Assembly: GCA_028534125.1 (NCBI GenBank) | Contig: CM052817.1 | Span: forward strand, 28,336,001-28,400,000 | DNA: 64,000 nucleotides | DNA from: Lama glama | Taxonomy: Eukaryota | Reading direction: 5' to 3' | Part shown: positions 1 to 12,612 of the stretch, in pieces | Position numbering within the stretch: the first letter of the stretch is position 1 | How the letters are laid out: each line of letters starts with the position of its first letter | Made by a program: the position numbers and the translations under genes | The notes under the pieces: generated by a model | What the model saw: only the letters and a program-made list of their open reading frames with translations | The model's database searches: none | Told to the model about the DNA's origin: nothing

Positions 1-1274
1 CTTATATATCTTCTGTGCCTTTTAGAAAGTAAATAGAGCAACAGACTTATTTCTATGCACTCAGTTTGTCCACAATGCTTTGGAAAGAAGTTTCGCTTAT
101 TTCTTCTTTAGGATTTCAGGCTGAAGGAGCAGCCTCAAAACCAGACATTTCTAGATTGATTTGTGAGAAGGACTTATGAGCTCTGGGATGTATCACAATG
201 CCAATTTAGGTTTAGCCTAGAAGAGATATATCTGCTTCTTTAATTTACATTTTATTGGCTAAAACTAGTTTACATGTCCTGACTCAGATGGCATCCTCAT
301 GTCGTTCTACTATATACTCAGAAGAATTAGAACCAAAAAAAAATGGACAAAGAGTATTAATGATAACTACAGATTCCATTCAAGTTACTAACTACATTAC
401 AGTGAATTAAAGAAGTATCGTATGATGTGGCTGTCCCTTAGGGGCAACACCCATTTCTATAGAAATACCACACACTCATGTATTTACTAAATAAAAAAAA
501 TTTTCAGTTAATATAACAAAAAAACTCCTCTATGTACATAGAGTTTCATCAGCTCCCTGAGATACAAATTTTGAAAGAAAATTTTTATGCTTTTATTTAT
601 AAAGTTATTTTAAAATAAATCATCACCTGAAAACCAACATTTACAATTTCAGTCTCTCCCCTTAACTCCCAATACCAGTTATCCACCCCACCATAACATT
701 TCTATTTTAATCAATAATTTTATTATTTTCTAAAAATTACATGACATTGTTTATGTTTTTTGATTATTTACTCTTCTGCGTGATCCCCACTGCAAATGCT
801 GAATACTAATCAAAATGGAAAGAGTTGGTTGTGGTTATGTTTAAGCAGAAAATTGCTCCGGTCTGTGGGATGCCTTTAGAAGACATTTATGTGTACACCA
901 TGCTGTGGTGTCTCAGGTGTAGCAGATGGTGCGCAATGGCTGACCATTGCCAAAATGGGATGGTTTGACTATTAGAGGGGCAGGAGTGTGGGGAGTCAGT
1001 ATCCATTAGCTTTTATTAAGTATCACCCAACAGGACATCCCCTCTATCAACTAATTCACTCCATTACTGAAATTAAAGGCACAATGTTTATAAGTGAGGA
1101 ACCCAACAATAAGTGGAAAAAAAAAAACACCTAAAAATGCAGTTGTTACTCTAAGATTGGCAGCCATCAAAGAAAGGAGAGGGGGGCAATGATGATTTAT
1201 TACTTCAAAAAAGAAAAAAAGAGAAAGAAACAAAACAGAAATACACAAAATTCTCTGACTTCCTCTTTTCATTC

Positions 1275-2690
1275 TTCACATCCAATCAACCATCAATTCC
1301 TGCTGATTCTCCCTTAATGTTTTCTTGTACTTTTGTCTTCTTTTTCATATTCCTAGTGTCATTTTCCTATTTCAAGTCTATGCTCCATTTCAACAGAACT
1401 ATTGCAATAAATTTGTGACTTCTCTCACTACCCCAGGAATATGTACTGTTAATTCAGCACCACCAGCGTTAGTACCTTCTTTCCTTATCTAACCATTGTC
1501 AGGATTCCTTATTTTCTAGGCCAGTGTTTCCCAGCGGGGGTGATACTGAACCCTAGGGAGTGTTTTAGAATTTCATGGGAAAGGATGGGTTTTCATGGGA
1601 ACGGGGAGGTTCCTACTGGCATAGTTGAGGAAGCAGGATCCAGGCTTGCTAGGCTGCCAATGCAGGGCAACTTCACACAAAGTGTTTCCCAGCATCTTGC
1701 ATGATTTTTGTCTACCATTTGGTCAAAAGTCTGCTTCAAGTTAAATGAACCTAAAAACTTTCCCTATTTTTCATAAGAACATATTTTGTACATTATTATA
1801 CACAATGAATTTTCCAAGATGCCACTAACATTTACATTGAAAGATGACTTTTTTTATAACTTGATAAAAAGTTACTTAATATTTCTGAAAATTATGTCGC
1901 TAACACCCATTATATTTGTGGGTTTTTAGACAAGAATAATCAGGACTAACTTTGTTACTCTCTTAAAATATCCTTTCATGGTGATTGTGAATATAGATGT
2001 CATCAGACTGTGTTCTGTGTTCTACTAGAGTCATGTTAAGCACCTGCAGACAAAAATACATATTATTTCATTATAAATTACTTTCTGTATATATTTTCCT
2101 TTTTATTGCTGCTAAGATATTACGTTTGCTTGTATTTTGAGATGTTTATAATTTCCTTCAGAATATTAATAAGTTTATCATCACAAAGTATTTACCATAA
2201 AAGGGTTTTTTTAATCTAACAGTGCTGAGAATCTGCTCAAATACATGATAGACAAATTGTTTTGCTTGTCTTTTCAGATCCTCCACAATTTCCTTTTATA
2301 TCTTGTACTCTATTACTTGTTAACGTGCACCCTCTGTCTCTGCCAAATTGGTTGAGTTCTTCTTCACTGAGTAATCTTTAGCCCTGCCAGCAATGCCCTC
2401 TCTTCCTTTTTAGTCTTTATCAAAAGACTTTTCATTCTTCCAAGCCAATCTTTCCTGATTGCCCTGACTTGCTGTGAGAAATCTATATCTGTAATCTTCA
2501 GGACCATGCATTGGTCACTTAAATCATGCTGTTTATCTCTTTTGTGTCTGTGTCTTTCTTCTAAATCAGGTTTCAGCTTCTCGAGGATTAAGATGTAGGA
2601 ACTCGCTCAGTAGGAACTCTGTCTTCCCCAGTGTGCCTAGCATGCTCTTTATATATGATAAGTACAGACGAATATTTGTTGATTGATTCG
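1275..2690 (+). mobile_element. Ancient LINE-2 3' portion, split by a MER20-type DNA transposon
   Basis: cacatccaatcaaccatcaattcctgctgattct resembles the L2 consensus; segment 2270-2690 ends in an L2-type tail gaatatttgttgattgatt. Confidence 0.65.
1522..2236. mobile_element. hAT-Charlie DNA transposon, MER20B-like
   Basis: Starts cagtgtttcccagcgggggtgat...ctactggcatagtt like MER20; ends with a degenerate TIR tgctgagaatctg; about 715 bp. Confidence 0.7.
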
Positions 2691-2711
2691 TTTTGTGGTT
2701 AAGATACATCT

Positions 2712-2850
2712 CAGTGCTTCTCAAAACAGGTTACACGAGGATCTTATGGGAGGTTATTAATAGCAAAAATTACTGGGCTATAACCAGATCGCTTAGGTCT
2801 ACTTTATTGATCTATAAACTCAGTCTATGTTGAGCTTCTGATGCGTTTGA
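2712..2850. mobile_element. MER5-like hAT-Charlie fragment
   Basis: cagtgcttctcaaa TIR-like start followed by MER5-like sequence. Confidence 0.5.
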
Positions 2851-3719
2851 TTGGTCCTTCCTGGAGTGTGAATCTAGTTGCCCTTTTCCTTATGCCACAC
2901 AGCACTTGTGATGAAACCTAGTTAAGTGTCACTGAGATTTATCAGAGAATCAGAGAATGCTGGTGCTATCAAGTACCATATTGACCCACTGGCCTTTGCT
3001 GTAGGTGTCACTCAGCTGAGTTTCTGTAAAGTAGCAGCTTTTTGTACCTGCATGGAGACAGTCAGAATGACAAATAATTCCATCTTCTATGATCACTTCT
3101 ATTCCACTATCCAATTTTAGTTGCCAAAAGATTAGAGACTCCTGATAAATCATAGGAAGAATAAATCATGGGTTGTATTTCTTTTGCAGTATTCATAAAA
3201 TTTCCATATCCATCAAAACTTTGTACTTTCCTTGTTTATTTCCATAAATACGTTATTGGTTGAGAATTTAATCATTGGACTACACAATAAAACACAAAAG
3301 AAGCAAGCAAGAGAACAAACAAGGCAAAAACCACCTTCATTTTTCTTTACTTTGATATTATCCTTCCAACTTCAGGCAAAAGATATAGTAATTTCTCTCT
3401 TTGTGTTAATAAGCATCATTGATATTGCCATACAAATATAATACCCATGATTCCATGAAAATGAGATATTATCTAGAAATATACATCTTCTAGTATTCTA
3501 CTTTCTTTAGGAAAACGCATAAAGCGAACAATTCTATCCAAGATAAAATTTGTGCAGCCTGCGAAAGTCAGTTCTTATTTCCTTCTCCAGTGAAAGGAAC
3601 TGCCAAATGCTCTCTTGTACAGACTCAAGATCACCTTGAAGCAATTTTTAGAAGGGTATCTCACATTATATAAATACATTAGAGGCTAGCTCTCCAACCA
3701 GCGGACAACACTTAAAATC

Positions 3720-4150
3720 GTTCAATCATTCATTTAGTAAATAATTTTTTAGTCATTCCATGTGCCAGACATGGTTTTAGGCCTTGGGAATTCAACAGGG
3801 GTCACAATAGACAAAGTCCTTGCAATGGTATAATTTACTGGTGAGAAAGAGAAAAGTATCCAGACACGTGATGAAAATATCAGGTTGTGCGACGTGACCT
3901 AAAGAACAATGGATTGCATGGAGGTTGTAAAGAGTGACGGCGGCTGCCGTTTTAGCCGGGGTCATGGGGAAAAGCCTCTCTGAGAAGGCGGCACCTGAGC
4001 AGGGCCGAGGGAGTCTCAGGCAGAGAGAAAGCGGGTATAGTGGGGAGCAGGGAGTGACCGGCACGCTGGGGGAACAGCGGACATTCTGCTGGGATAGGGT
4101 CTTTGCGAGGGTCCCTGAAATAATTGTACGTGGGAATAGAATGAACCAGC
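3720..4150 (-). mobile_element. LINE-2 3' end
   Basis: ttcaatcattcatttagtaaata...tgtgccagacatggttttagg...aaaagcctctctgagaagg, typical reverse-strand L2. Confidence 0.75.
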
Positions 4151-4964
4151 ACTGGGCTGGCTGGGGCTGGGAAGCTGCCTTCAGAGCACAGAAACTTCTG
4201 GTTCTGACCCCGCCCTCCTAAGAAGCCCCAAGAAGTGCTGTTGTTTGTAAACTACAAGTTGCTGTTGGGGGTCTCTGGTCTGTTAGGACACTTTCAGCTC
4301 AACAGAAGCCAGAGTGTTTCTCTTTTCATTCTAAATGCAGCTGGAAGAGGTTCTTTGTGGCCAGTTGGGGAATTGCAGAAAAACGCAACTTGGCCTTCAA
4401 AGACAATTTAGTTTCCCTGATAATGACCTTCTGAGCAGCTTGGCCTCACAGGCCATCGGCTGCTTCTCGGAGGCTCAGCTTACCAGCAGGGTGCGCTCAG
4501 CAGGGTCCTGGTCCCTGAGCTGTGCCACACGCAGCAGTAGTGCAGTCCCAGAGCAGACCTTTTCCCTAAGGCCAGGACCTTCACCTGCCCAGGAGGGCAG
4601 TGCACGTAAGAACCCGCACTGCCCTGCCCCCCGGGGGTGCCTGGGGGGGGGGCCTGCGGCAGAGGCATCGACTCTGAGCCACTTCCTGAATTTGCAAACG
4701 CACATCTAAGTTATGTGGGTCTGCCATAAAAACAGGAATGCATGATTCAAAATATGAAATTCAGTTTGAAAGTTAATGTTTATTCTGAGCAAGAAAATAA
4801 AACACAATGAATTATGAATTTTGAATTCTGACAGATACACAAACATTATGATGTTTGAAGCGAACAGCATTTTAAAAAATCAAATGATTTCCTTAAACAT
4901 ATTTATAATAATTTTCCTCTATATTTTCTAGCTGTATGCTTTTTTTCTTTTTCTTTATTCTCCC

Positions 4965-5232
4965 TCCCCTAGTCCCCTCCTCTGATAACCACAAATCTGA
5001 TCTCTTTTTCTATGAGCTTGATGTTTTGGGCTTTTTTTGGTTTGCTTTTTTTGTTTTTTAGAGTCCACATATAAGTGAAATCATAGTGTTTGCCTTTTTC
5101 TGTCTGATTTATTTCACTTAGCGTAATGTCTTTAAGGCCCATCCATGTTGTCACAAGTGGTAGGATGTCTTTCTTTTTGTTTTATATGGTTGAATAATAT
5201 TCCATTGTGTGTGTATATCTTTCTTTCTTTCC

Positions 5233-5263
<31 letters not shown>

Positions 5264-5375
5264 CATCTGTCTATCTATCTATACACACACTAAACTTCTT
5301 TATCCATCAGTGGATACTTAGGTTGTTTCCATGTCTTGGCTATTGTAAATAGTGCTGCAATGAATGTGGAGGTGG
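4965..5375 (-). mobile_element. LINE-1 ORF2 C-terminus/3' UTR fragment (L1MA/L1MB type)
   Basis: ORF 4969-5154 TTWMGLKDITLSEINQTEK resembles the L1 ORF2 C-terminus; ttaggttgtttccatgtcttggctattgtaaatagtgctgc. Confidence 0.9.
5233..5282. repeat. (ATCT)n microsatellite
   Basis: Direct tandem array inside the L1 fragment. Confidence 0.95.
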
Positions 5376-5505
5376 TTGTATACACTTTAATCATCTCTGC
5401 ACAGGACAAAATTTTGTATAATCATTTTTGATAGAATAAAGAATTCCTTCTTTCCCTAGAAGGACTGCTCAAAATTTGTTTTTTTTATTATTGATAGTTT
5501 ATAGC

Positions 5506-5712
5506 AGTGGTAGGCAAACTTTCTCTTAAAGGACCAGGTAGTAGAGATTTTAGTCTTTGTTGACTATTAGGAAAAATTGACAATATTATGTAGATTCTCA
5601 TATAGCCATTTAAAATATACCCATGTAAAATGTAAAAATCATTCTTACCTCACTAATACAGTTAGAGGTGGTGGGCCAGATTTACTCCATAGATGAAGTT
5701 GGCTAACTCCTG
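5506..5712. mobile_element. MER58-family hAT-Charlie MITE
   Basis: TIRs cagtggtaggcaaact ... agttggctaactcctg; internal ggtgggccagattt. Confidence 0.85.
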
Positions 5713-6012
5713 GTTTAGAAGAGTTTCTTTGAGCTTCAGAACTCCTTATTTGTAATGTTCATGTAAATTTGGAAATTGTTAAATTTAGAAAACCTGACAA
5801 TGTAATTTATTAACCAAATAAAAACAGTGTTACTGATAATTACACTGAAACTACAGATGTACACAGAAATATCTTGAACAACTTTGACTTATGGCTACAC
5901 TAAATTACTTTTGATATCTGAACTTCAATATTTATGGACATGTCACATTTTCTAAAAGCTAATCAAATATTCTTCTAATTCACCATATGCATTACTATGA
6001 CTATAGTGGCAC

Positions 6013-6521
6013 TGTATTAGTTTTTGACTGCTGCTGTAACAAATTAACACATTCTTGGTGACAAAAAACACAAATTGATTATCAAGCAGTTCTGTATGTC
6101 ATGAGTCTGGCCAAGGTCTCACTGAGCTAAAATAAGGAATGTCAGCCAGGCTGCATTCTTTTTTGGAAGCTCGAGAGAAAAATCTAATTCCTTGCCTTTA
6201 TTAGCTTTTAGAAGCCACTCATACTTTGACTCCTGACTCCTGCTTTCCATCTTCAAAGTCACCAATGTTGTATCTCTCTGACCCTTCTTCTTCAATCACA
6301 TCTCCCTCTGCCCATGACTGGAAAAAATTACCTGCTTTTATGGAAAGATGGGATTAAACTGAGCCCAAAAGGATAATACAGAATAATCTAGAATAGCCTC
6401 ACCATCTCTGGGTTTTTGCCTTAATCCCATCGGCAAAATTCCTTTGTCATGTGAAGGAACACATTCTCAGGTTCTGGAGGTTGGGATGCAGACATCTTTG
6501 GTGGCCCTTATTGTGCCTGTC
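6013..6521 (-). mobile_element. MaLR solo LTR, MLT1D-like
   Basis: tgtattagttt...gctgctgtaacaaatt at one end, ttcttttggaagct and ccatcttcaaag internally, tcaggttctggagg...gacatctttgg at the other; about 510 bp. Confidence 0.85.
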
Positions 6522-8129
6522 AAAGGAACATATTAATTTTATTTGCTTTATTGATTTCAGTGTTTCTTGTCAAATCAGCAACTGGTTTGATATTTTCCAA
6601 CAAATGTTTATATGAAACAGCCATTTTCATTAACTGGATTATCAAGTAATCTGGGACGCTATTTATTACTTTGGTTTAAAAATTCTCTCTTCTCCTTACT
6701 GCCTTTATTATGAACTGTACTTGGTTTCCTCTGAATGTCCCACATCTCATTAAGACCAGATGCACTGGATGTGCTAAAATGACCCTGTATGCTGGGATGA
6801 ATAAAACATGTGCCTTAGAAGTGATCAGTATGTGTAGCCCAGGCTCCAAATTTGTTCTCTATTATTTAAATTTAGTATGATTCCATCAAAAAGGGGAAAA
6901 ATTATGGCACATTTATGATTGCATATTCTGGGTTATCAGGTATATTTATGATCTGAAAGAAGTTCTATTTTGACTAGACACTGATAAGTGTCACATCATC
7001 TGCTTAGCATTTTATATGTGATGATTGGACAAATTTTCTTCAGACCAGCATTGGTCCACAGAACTTGTTTCACTTCTTTATCTACTTTCCTGACTAGACC
7101 CTGTAGGGCATATTATTAAAGAATCTCTGGCCCTGTGTCGTCATGTCACGATAACATGTGGCTAGTTAGGAGACTAGCATCAATTTAACTATACACAAAA
7201 CTAACAGCAAAGCAAGTAGATATAATCTAGCCAATTGTTTTCCCAATTCAATTTTTCCTCTTCAGAATCCCCAGCTGAAATGACATTCCTTCCAAGGCCA
7301 CGTGGCATGAGGGGAAATGCAGCTCAGGGGACAGCAGAGGAAAGAGACAGCTGTCTAAACTGCTTGTTGTTAAAATCTCTTACTTTGCATATTAATAATG
7401 CACCTGCCCATGTGAACACGTGTCTGGGAGCTCTCCCATGGTCTTGCAATAGACCTGTTCCAAGCAAAGCACAAAAGCATAGGTTTCAATAGCTTTGAGA
7501 TATATCTACCTCTGCCAATTTGAAAAAGAGGCCTCTTCACCAAGTGTGACCCGGGAGAGTAGGTTTGCTCATCTTTAAAGTTTCTCTGTATCAGGGAAAG
7601 ATAAATCCCTGGGACCTGAAGTGATACCTTCTGCTGAATGGAAGGCTTTACCCAGCTGCAAGCTTTAGGCAGTACCAGCTTTTCCCAGTAGTCAGGGAAC
7701 CACCCACCCTGGTATTTGATTTCCCAACACAGGTGAAAACATGTTGGATTCTTCCCTTTGGTAAAACACAAGTGAGTCATCAGATCCTTGGGGATCAGGA
7801 GGAGATTTCCCTATATTTTGGAAAGATTTTCATCGACTGTCATTAGTGAGGACTCAACTCCTGAACTGGCATTGATATTGGACTTCTCTTTACCACCCAC
7901 CCCACCCAAAAAAGAAAACATCATTACAAAGAGATTAGAATTGTTGAATGTTCTTTGAAAGTGCTCTATGAGAATGATATATATTCTGAGCTTTGGAATG
8001 CAAGCAAAGTATAATCTGGGTATTTAAAATCTGGGTATTTTCGGGAGGTGTTATATTCTATGCCAGTGTCCAATTAAAGGAATTGATATTTATAAAGCAA
8101 ATTGTGAAAATGGATACTTTTTTGAGCAC

Positions 8130-8285
8130 CCGTGGTGATTATCACAGCAACCCTGCAAGGTTGATATCCATTTTGCATGTGAGAAAACTAAGTTTAGTTG
8201 GTAAAAATGAGTTCTATACCTAACCCAAACCAAACTACCCAAGACCATATAGAAGCAAAACTGGGATTCCAAACTAGGACTTTTT
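8130..8285 (-). mobile_element. MIR SINE fragment
   Basis: cacagcaaccctgcaagg...ccattttgcatgtgagaaaactaag...gggattccaaactagg. Confidence 0.7.
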
Positions 8286-9814
8286 TTTAATCACTATGTT
8301 TCCACTCTTTCCTATGTACTAAATTGCAAACAAACAAAAACAAACAAACAAAATACAAAAAAAAATCTATGCTAGATCTGTCATGGAAATTTTTCAATTA
8401 TAAAATATTTTTCTGCACTCAAAAAGCCTACAGTATACATGGAAAAGTTGCAAAACGTAAAATTACAAGAGATGTTATAAATCAGGTGTTGTAAATGCTA
8501 CATGGTTAATCACAGACTAATTTTCCAAGCAGTCTGATCTTATTTACTTCAAAACCTACTGGAAATTCGTAACAGCCATTTTCCATAATAATTTTTTGCA
8601 TTTAAACATAATTTCTAGAAGATTAGAGATCATGTAGTTTCTATATAAATAACTAGGTCAACTTAGTATCTTTCTATACAATTTTAAGATATGTTCCTTT
8701 GCTTCCTAATTTTTAATAAGAATGAATAACTTCGGAAAAATGGCTGACAATAGTATGGCTCCTGGTGGTGAGCAGAGATGTGCTGGATTTTATATTAATG
8801 AAAAAGTGACATATAAAATGACTTGGATGCAAAGAATTGATACATATTCCATCATACATCAAGTGGGGTTATAGGATATTGCCTGGAGTTTTTCAAACAG
8901 ATCTGGGTTAAATTAAAGACATGATCTTTTACAAAACAGCCTTACCTTTTTCAATTTCATCTTGACAATTCAATGATTTAAATATTTTTAGTAGCTTCAA
9001 GGTATAATATTTTCTGAGTGTGGAGTGGGTTTGATGAAGCATTAGAATGATCGGTTCTGGACAATCCCTTCTAGTGATTTAGCTGATGCTACTTGTGGGG
9101 ATGGTCCTGACAGCCAATGAAAGATGCATTTCTCAGCTCTTGAAAGATGCCTGTTTCTCTGTCAGTTAGCTGAAGACATCACTCAAGGCCACTACCTTCA
9201 CTGATAGCAGACTCCAGATGAAAGATCAGATCCAACAAATATCTTCTTTACCCACAGATTTCCTTCCCCAACGTGTTATTTTATTAAGTGCCCAGGCAGA
9301 TACTTATTTTATAAATGTCAAATCACAAACCATGAACCATGAATATCCCGAAATGTGGGAACTTAATCACTTCTTAAAGAGTACTTGCTATAAAAGGCAA
9401 AAGAAATAGTGCTGTAACAACCACATGGATTTTAAGTTTTGACAGTTCATAATATTTTGAAAAGATAATTTTATTTATCCAACAAACTCAGAAGATGTGT
9501 AGAATTTGTGGTCATATAACCACATATCAATATTCCATTTGTTTTTCCTTTTTTCAGAGACATTTTAGAAGATGGATTAAATACCAGTTTCACTAACTTT
9601 TCATAGCTATGATTATTTTTTTATTTCTTTACCTTTATTGTTGTTCCCAAGCCCTTGACATTGTCTCAAACAGGTTATGCAGCATTTATAAGACATTGAA
9701 AATAAAACTCTTTTCAGATATATTTCCCTTCAAGCCTTGGGTATTCCATTTTGATTTGATATAGTTTAACTTTAGGACAAATCTTGCACCAAACTTTTAA
9801 TCTAAAGTGAATTA

Positions 9815-10195
9815 CCATATACAGAGTGCCTCTTAGGTCTTAGACAATGCTAGGAACTTTCATGTATGTTTGGCATTTTAATACTCAGTCTTTTAAGTTA
9901 TGTTGCCTTATGTTTTAGGGGAAATAAACAAAATTCACTTAAGTGATATCTTTACTTAGGTTTACATAATTGGTAAGTGTAAGAGACTCTCTTCTTTTTT
10001 ATCTTCAAGTTTCTTTTTTTTTAATGACTAATGTCACAAAAATCATAAATATATAAATACTTTGTCATATATAAAAATCATACCATGGAGTTGCAATTGA
10101 GAGTAAATCTGTTGTCAAGCTGCCTTTGTTAAAATATCAGCTTTGTCACTTTGTGACTTTAGGAATGTTTCTTAGGCTCCCAATACCCCAGTTTG
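9815..10195. mobile_element. Two degraded MIR fragments (about 9815-9990 minus, 10100-10195 plus)
   Basis: MIR core-like motifs such as ttacataattggtaagtg and tgtgactttagg...cccagtttgct. Confidence 0.5.
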
Positions 10196-10239
10196 CTTTG
10201 CTGAATTGCTGCTTCTGATGAACAGCACCCAATTCAGAG

Positions 10240-10440
10240 CAAATCTCTGCCTCTTTTCATCTTCCCCAGATCACTTAACACATGTCCACATTTTTAAATA
10301 AGTCTTTTTTCACATGTTCTTACTAAGATGGAGTATGGTTCTCCATGGTACATGTTCTCCCTCATTGCAGTTTGTCAGTGAACCCAACTTTATTCAACTA
10401 GAAGTGTGCTCCTGGTCATCTATGAATGCAAGCTGCACAT
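10240..10440 (+). mobile_element. ERV LTR 3' fragment
   Basis: ccctcattgcagtttgtcagtgaacccaactttattcaactagaagtgtgctcctgg resembles an LTR U5 region. Confidence 0.4.
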
Positions 10441-10539
10441 GATACCAAAAAATGTCCTCAGCATGATCATCCCCAAATCTGACCTCTGCTGCCTTTTATC
10501 TAGTTTGTGCAGATTAGAAGCCTTTATAATTTACCTTCA

Positions 10540-11435
10540 ACCTAATTCGATAATTTCTAATCTATGATTGAATCATTTTATTTCCACTGTAACAATCTTT
10601 GTCCAAATTCGTAGCATCTCTGACTTAAACAAGTTCTATAGCCCTTTAATAGGTCTCTCATCCTCCATTTCTATGTCAACTTGGAGAGATTTTTCTAAAG
10701 AACCATATAATCGTGTCTCTTCCTTGCTTATGACTTCCAGTTAGCTCGCATTGCTCCTATGATAAAGAGCAAAATCTTTAACATGGCTGATATGCAGAAA
10801 TATTACAAATTATTTTTTCTTTGAAAAGTCCTGATCTATGCCTGGTGTTCTGGAAAAATTAATCACCCATCTTTCATTCTCAGAAGTGTAGTAGTCATCA
10901 TATTCATAGGACCTGAATTATCTGATCCATAACCACATCTCCATCCTCATCTTATGCTACCCTCTCTCTCTCTGTGCTTCATCTGCACTTGCTTTTTATT
11001 TCCCTTTCTTTTTATGACTATGACACGATCCCTCTGTTACTAGTTCTCTTTCTCCAGTGTCTTCCTCATCATCCTTTCTCTTAACTAAAAATAAATTTTA
11101 GCCCTTTACATCTTCTAATCTTAGCTCAAAAGTCAGTTTCTTAAAAAAAACAAAAACAAAAACAAAACCCCAAAACCAAACCAAACCAAACCAAAACCAA
11201 AACCAAAAACAAATACAGCCCACTCCTGACCCTCCAGACAAGGCCAGAATCTGCCATGTGCTTACATACTGCTCTGAACTTATCACAGGACTTACCCCAA
11301 TTAAACTATTTCTTGTTTACTTTATTGACGCCTATTTCTTCAGTTGGACTCTAAGCTACATGATAGGCCATATCTTTTTGTTTGTTTGTTTACTCTCCAT
11401 TTTATCACAGGGCCTTATACGTAATAATAAGCATT
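10540..11435 (+). mobile_element. LINE-2 3' region
   Basis: gcattgctcctatgataaagagcaaaatctttaacatggc and ggactctaagctacatga L2 motifs. Confidence 0.75.
11143..11213. repeat. (AAAAC)n/(AAACC)n microsatellite
   Basis: Direct tandem array. Confidence 0.9.
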
Positions 11436-11954
11436 GCACAATTTTACATGTATTTTTCTTATACAGAAACAGGTCTGAACCATAAATGACCCTATTAAGT
11501 GTGACTCAGAGGTAACCAATAAAGAGGCATCTTTAATTTCAATCCAAACATTTATCTCTTTCACCTCCAGGAGGATATGACTTAAAGATCACCCTTCAAT
11601 GATAGTGAAAAGCAGCTGCTCTGTCTAGACAGGGATCGTTCTGCAAGTCTGCTCACAGGACAAGCGGAATTAAGGGCAGGTTAGAATGATTTACTCTAAT
11701 CTTCTCTAACTTAACCATGTAGACAGACAAAATTGAGGTTTTCTTTTTTTAAATATCAGTTGCTTAAAAATATATTATCAACAAAGATGGAAGGAGTGAC
11801 AATTACCCAGTCACCCAGTTGCCCTCCACAGTCCCAGGGAGGGATGGTTTCCCAGTCCCAGTGACCCATTAAGGACAGATACAGCTCCTGATGGACACAC
11901 TGTGGGGGATTCTCCTGGGATCAAGCACTTGACAATCTAGTTTCCCAGCAACAC

Positions 11955-12612
11955 TGATACAGGAAAATGTGGGCTAGAGGAGGGCTGTGTCCCAGGTCTC
12001 GGTTGAGTCCCTGGGAGGCGCCCCACCAAGTGTGGGTCCTTTGCTTCATGTAGGAAAGAATTCAAGAGTAAGCCACAATTTGAGTAAAGGTACATTTATT
12101 TAGAGAGATACACATTCCCTAGACAGAGCAAGCCATCTCAAAAGGCAAGAGTAAGGTCACGGGGTGTGGGGGTTAGGTGCTTAGTTTAAAGTAAAAGTAG
12201 ATACACACTCCATAGACAGAGTGCAGGCCATCTCAGGAGGCGACAGAGCCAGAGGCTGTGAGGTGTGGTGTTGCTAGTTTTTATGGGCTCAGTAAATTCA
12301 TATGCTAAAAAGTGGGAGGGTTATTCCAACTACTTTTGGGGAAGGGGCTGGGATTCCCAGGAATTGGGCCACCACCCACTTTTTGACCTCTTATGGTCAG
12401 CCTCAGAACTGTCATGGCACCTGTGGGAGTGTCATTCACCATGTTAATCTGTTACAATGAGTGTATAATGAAGTTCAAGGTCTATTAGAAGGCAAGTCTC
12501 CTGCCATCTTGGGTCTCAGGGTCTACTGGGAGTTGAATTTTCTGCCACCTTGGTGTTAATTGCTATGTCATTCCTTGAACGGCTATGCCCTGCCCCTTTC
12601 CTTCCTGCCTCA
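11955..12612 (-). mobile_element. ERV1-class solo LTR, 658 bp
   Basis: TG...CA termini; near 4-bp TSD acac/atac; AATAAA on the minus strand near 12095; internal duplicated motifs. Confidence 0.85.

Noticed and set aside
3792..4709. Cluster of overlapping ORFs up to 124 aa
   Set aside because: Explained by high GC and few stop codons, partly within L2; no recognisable protein
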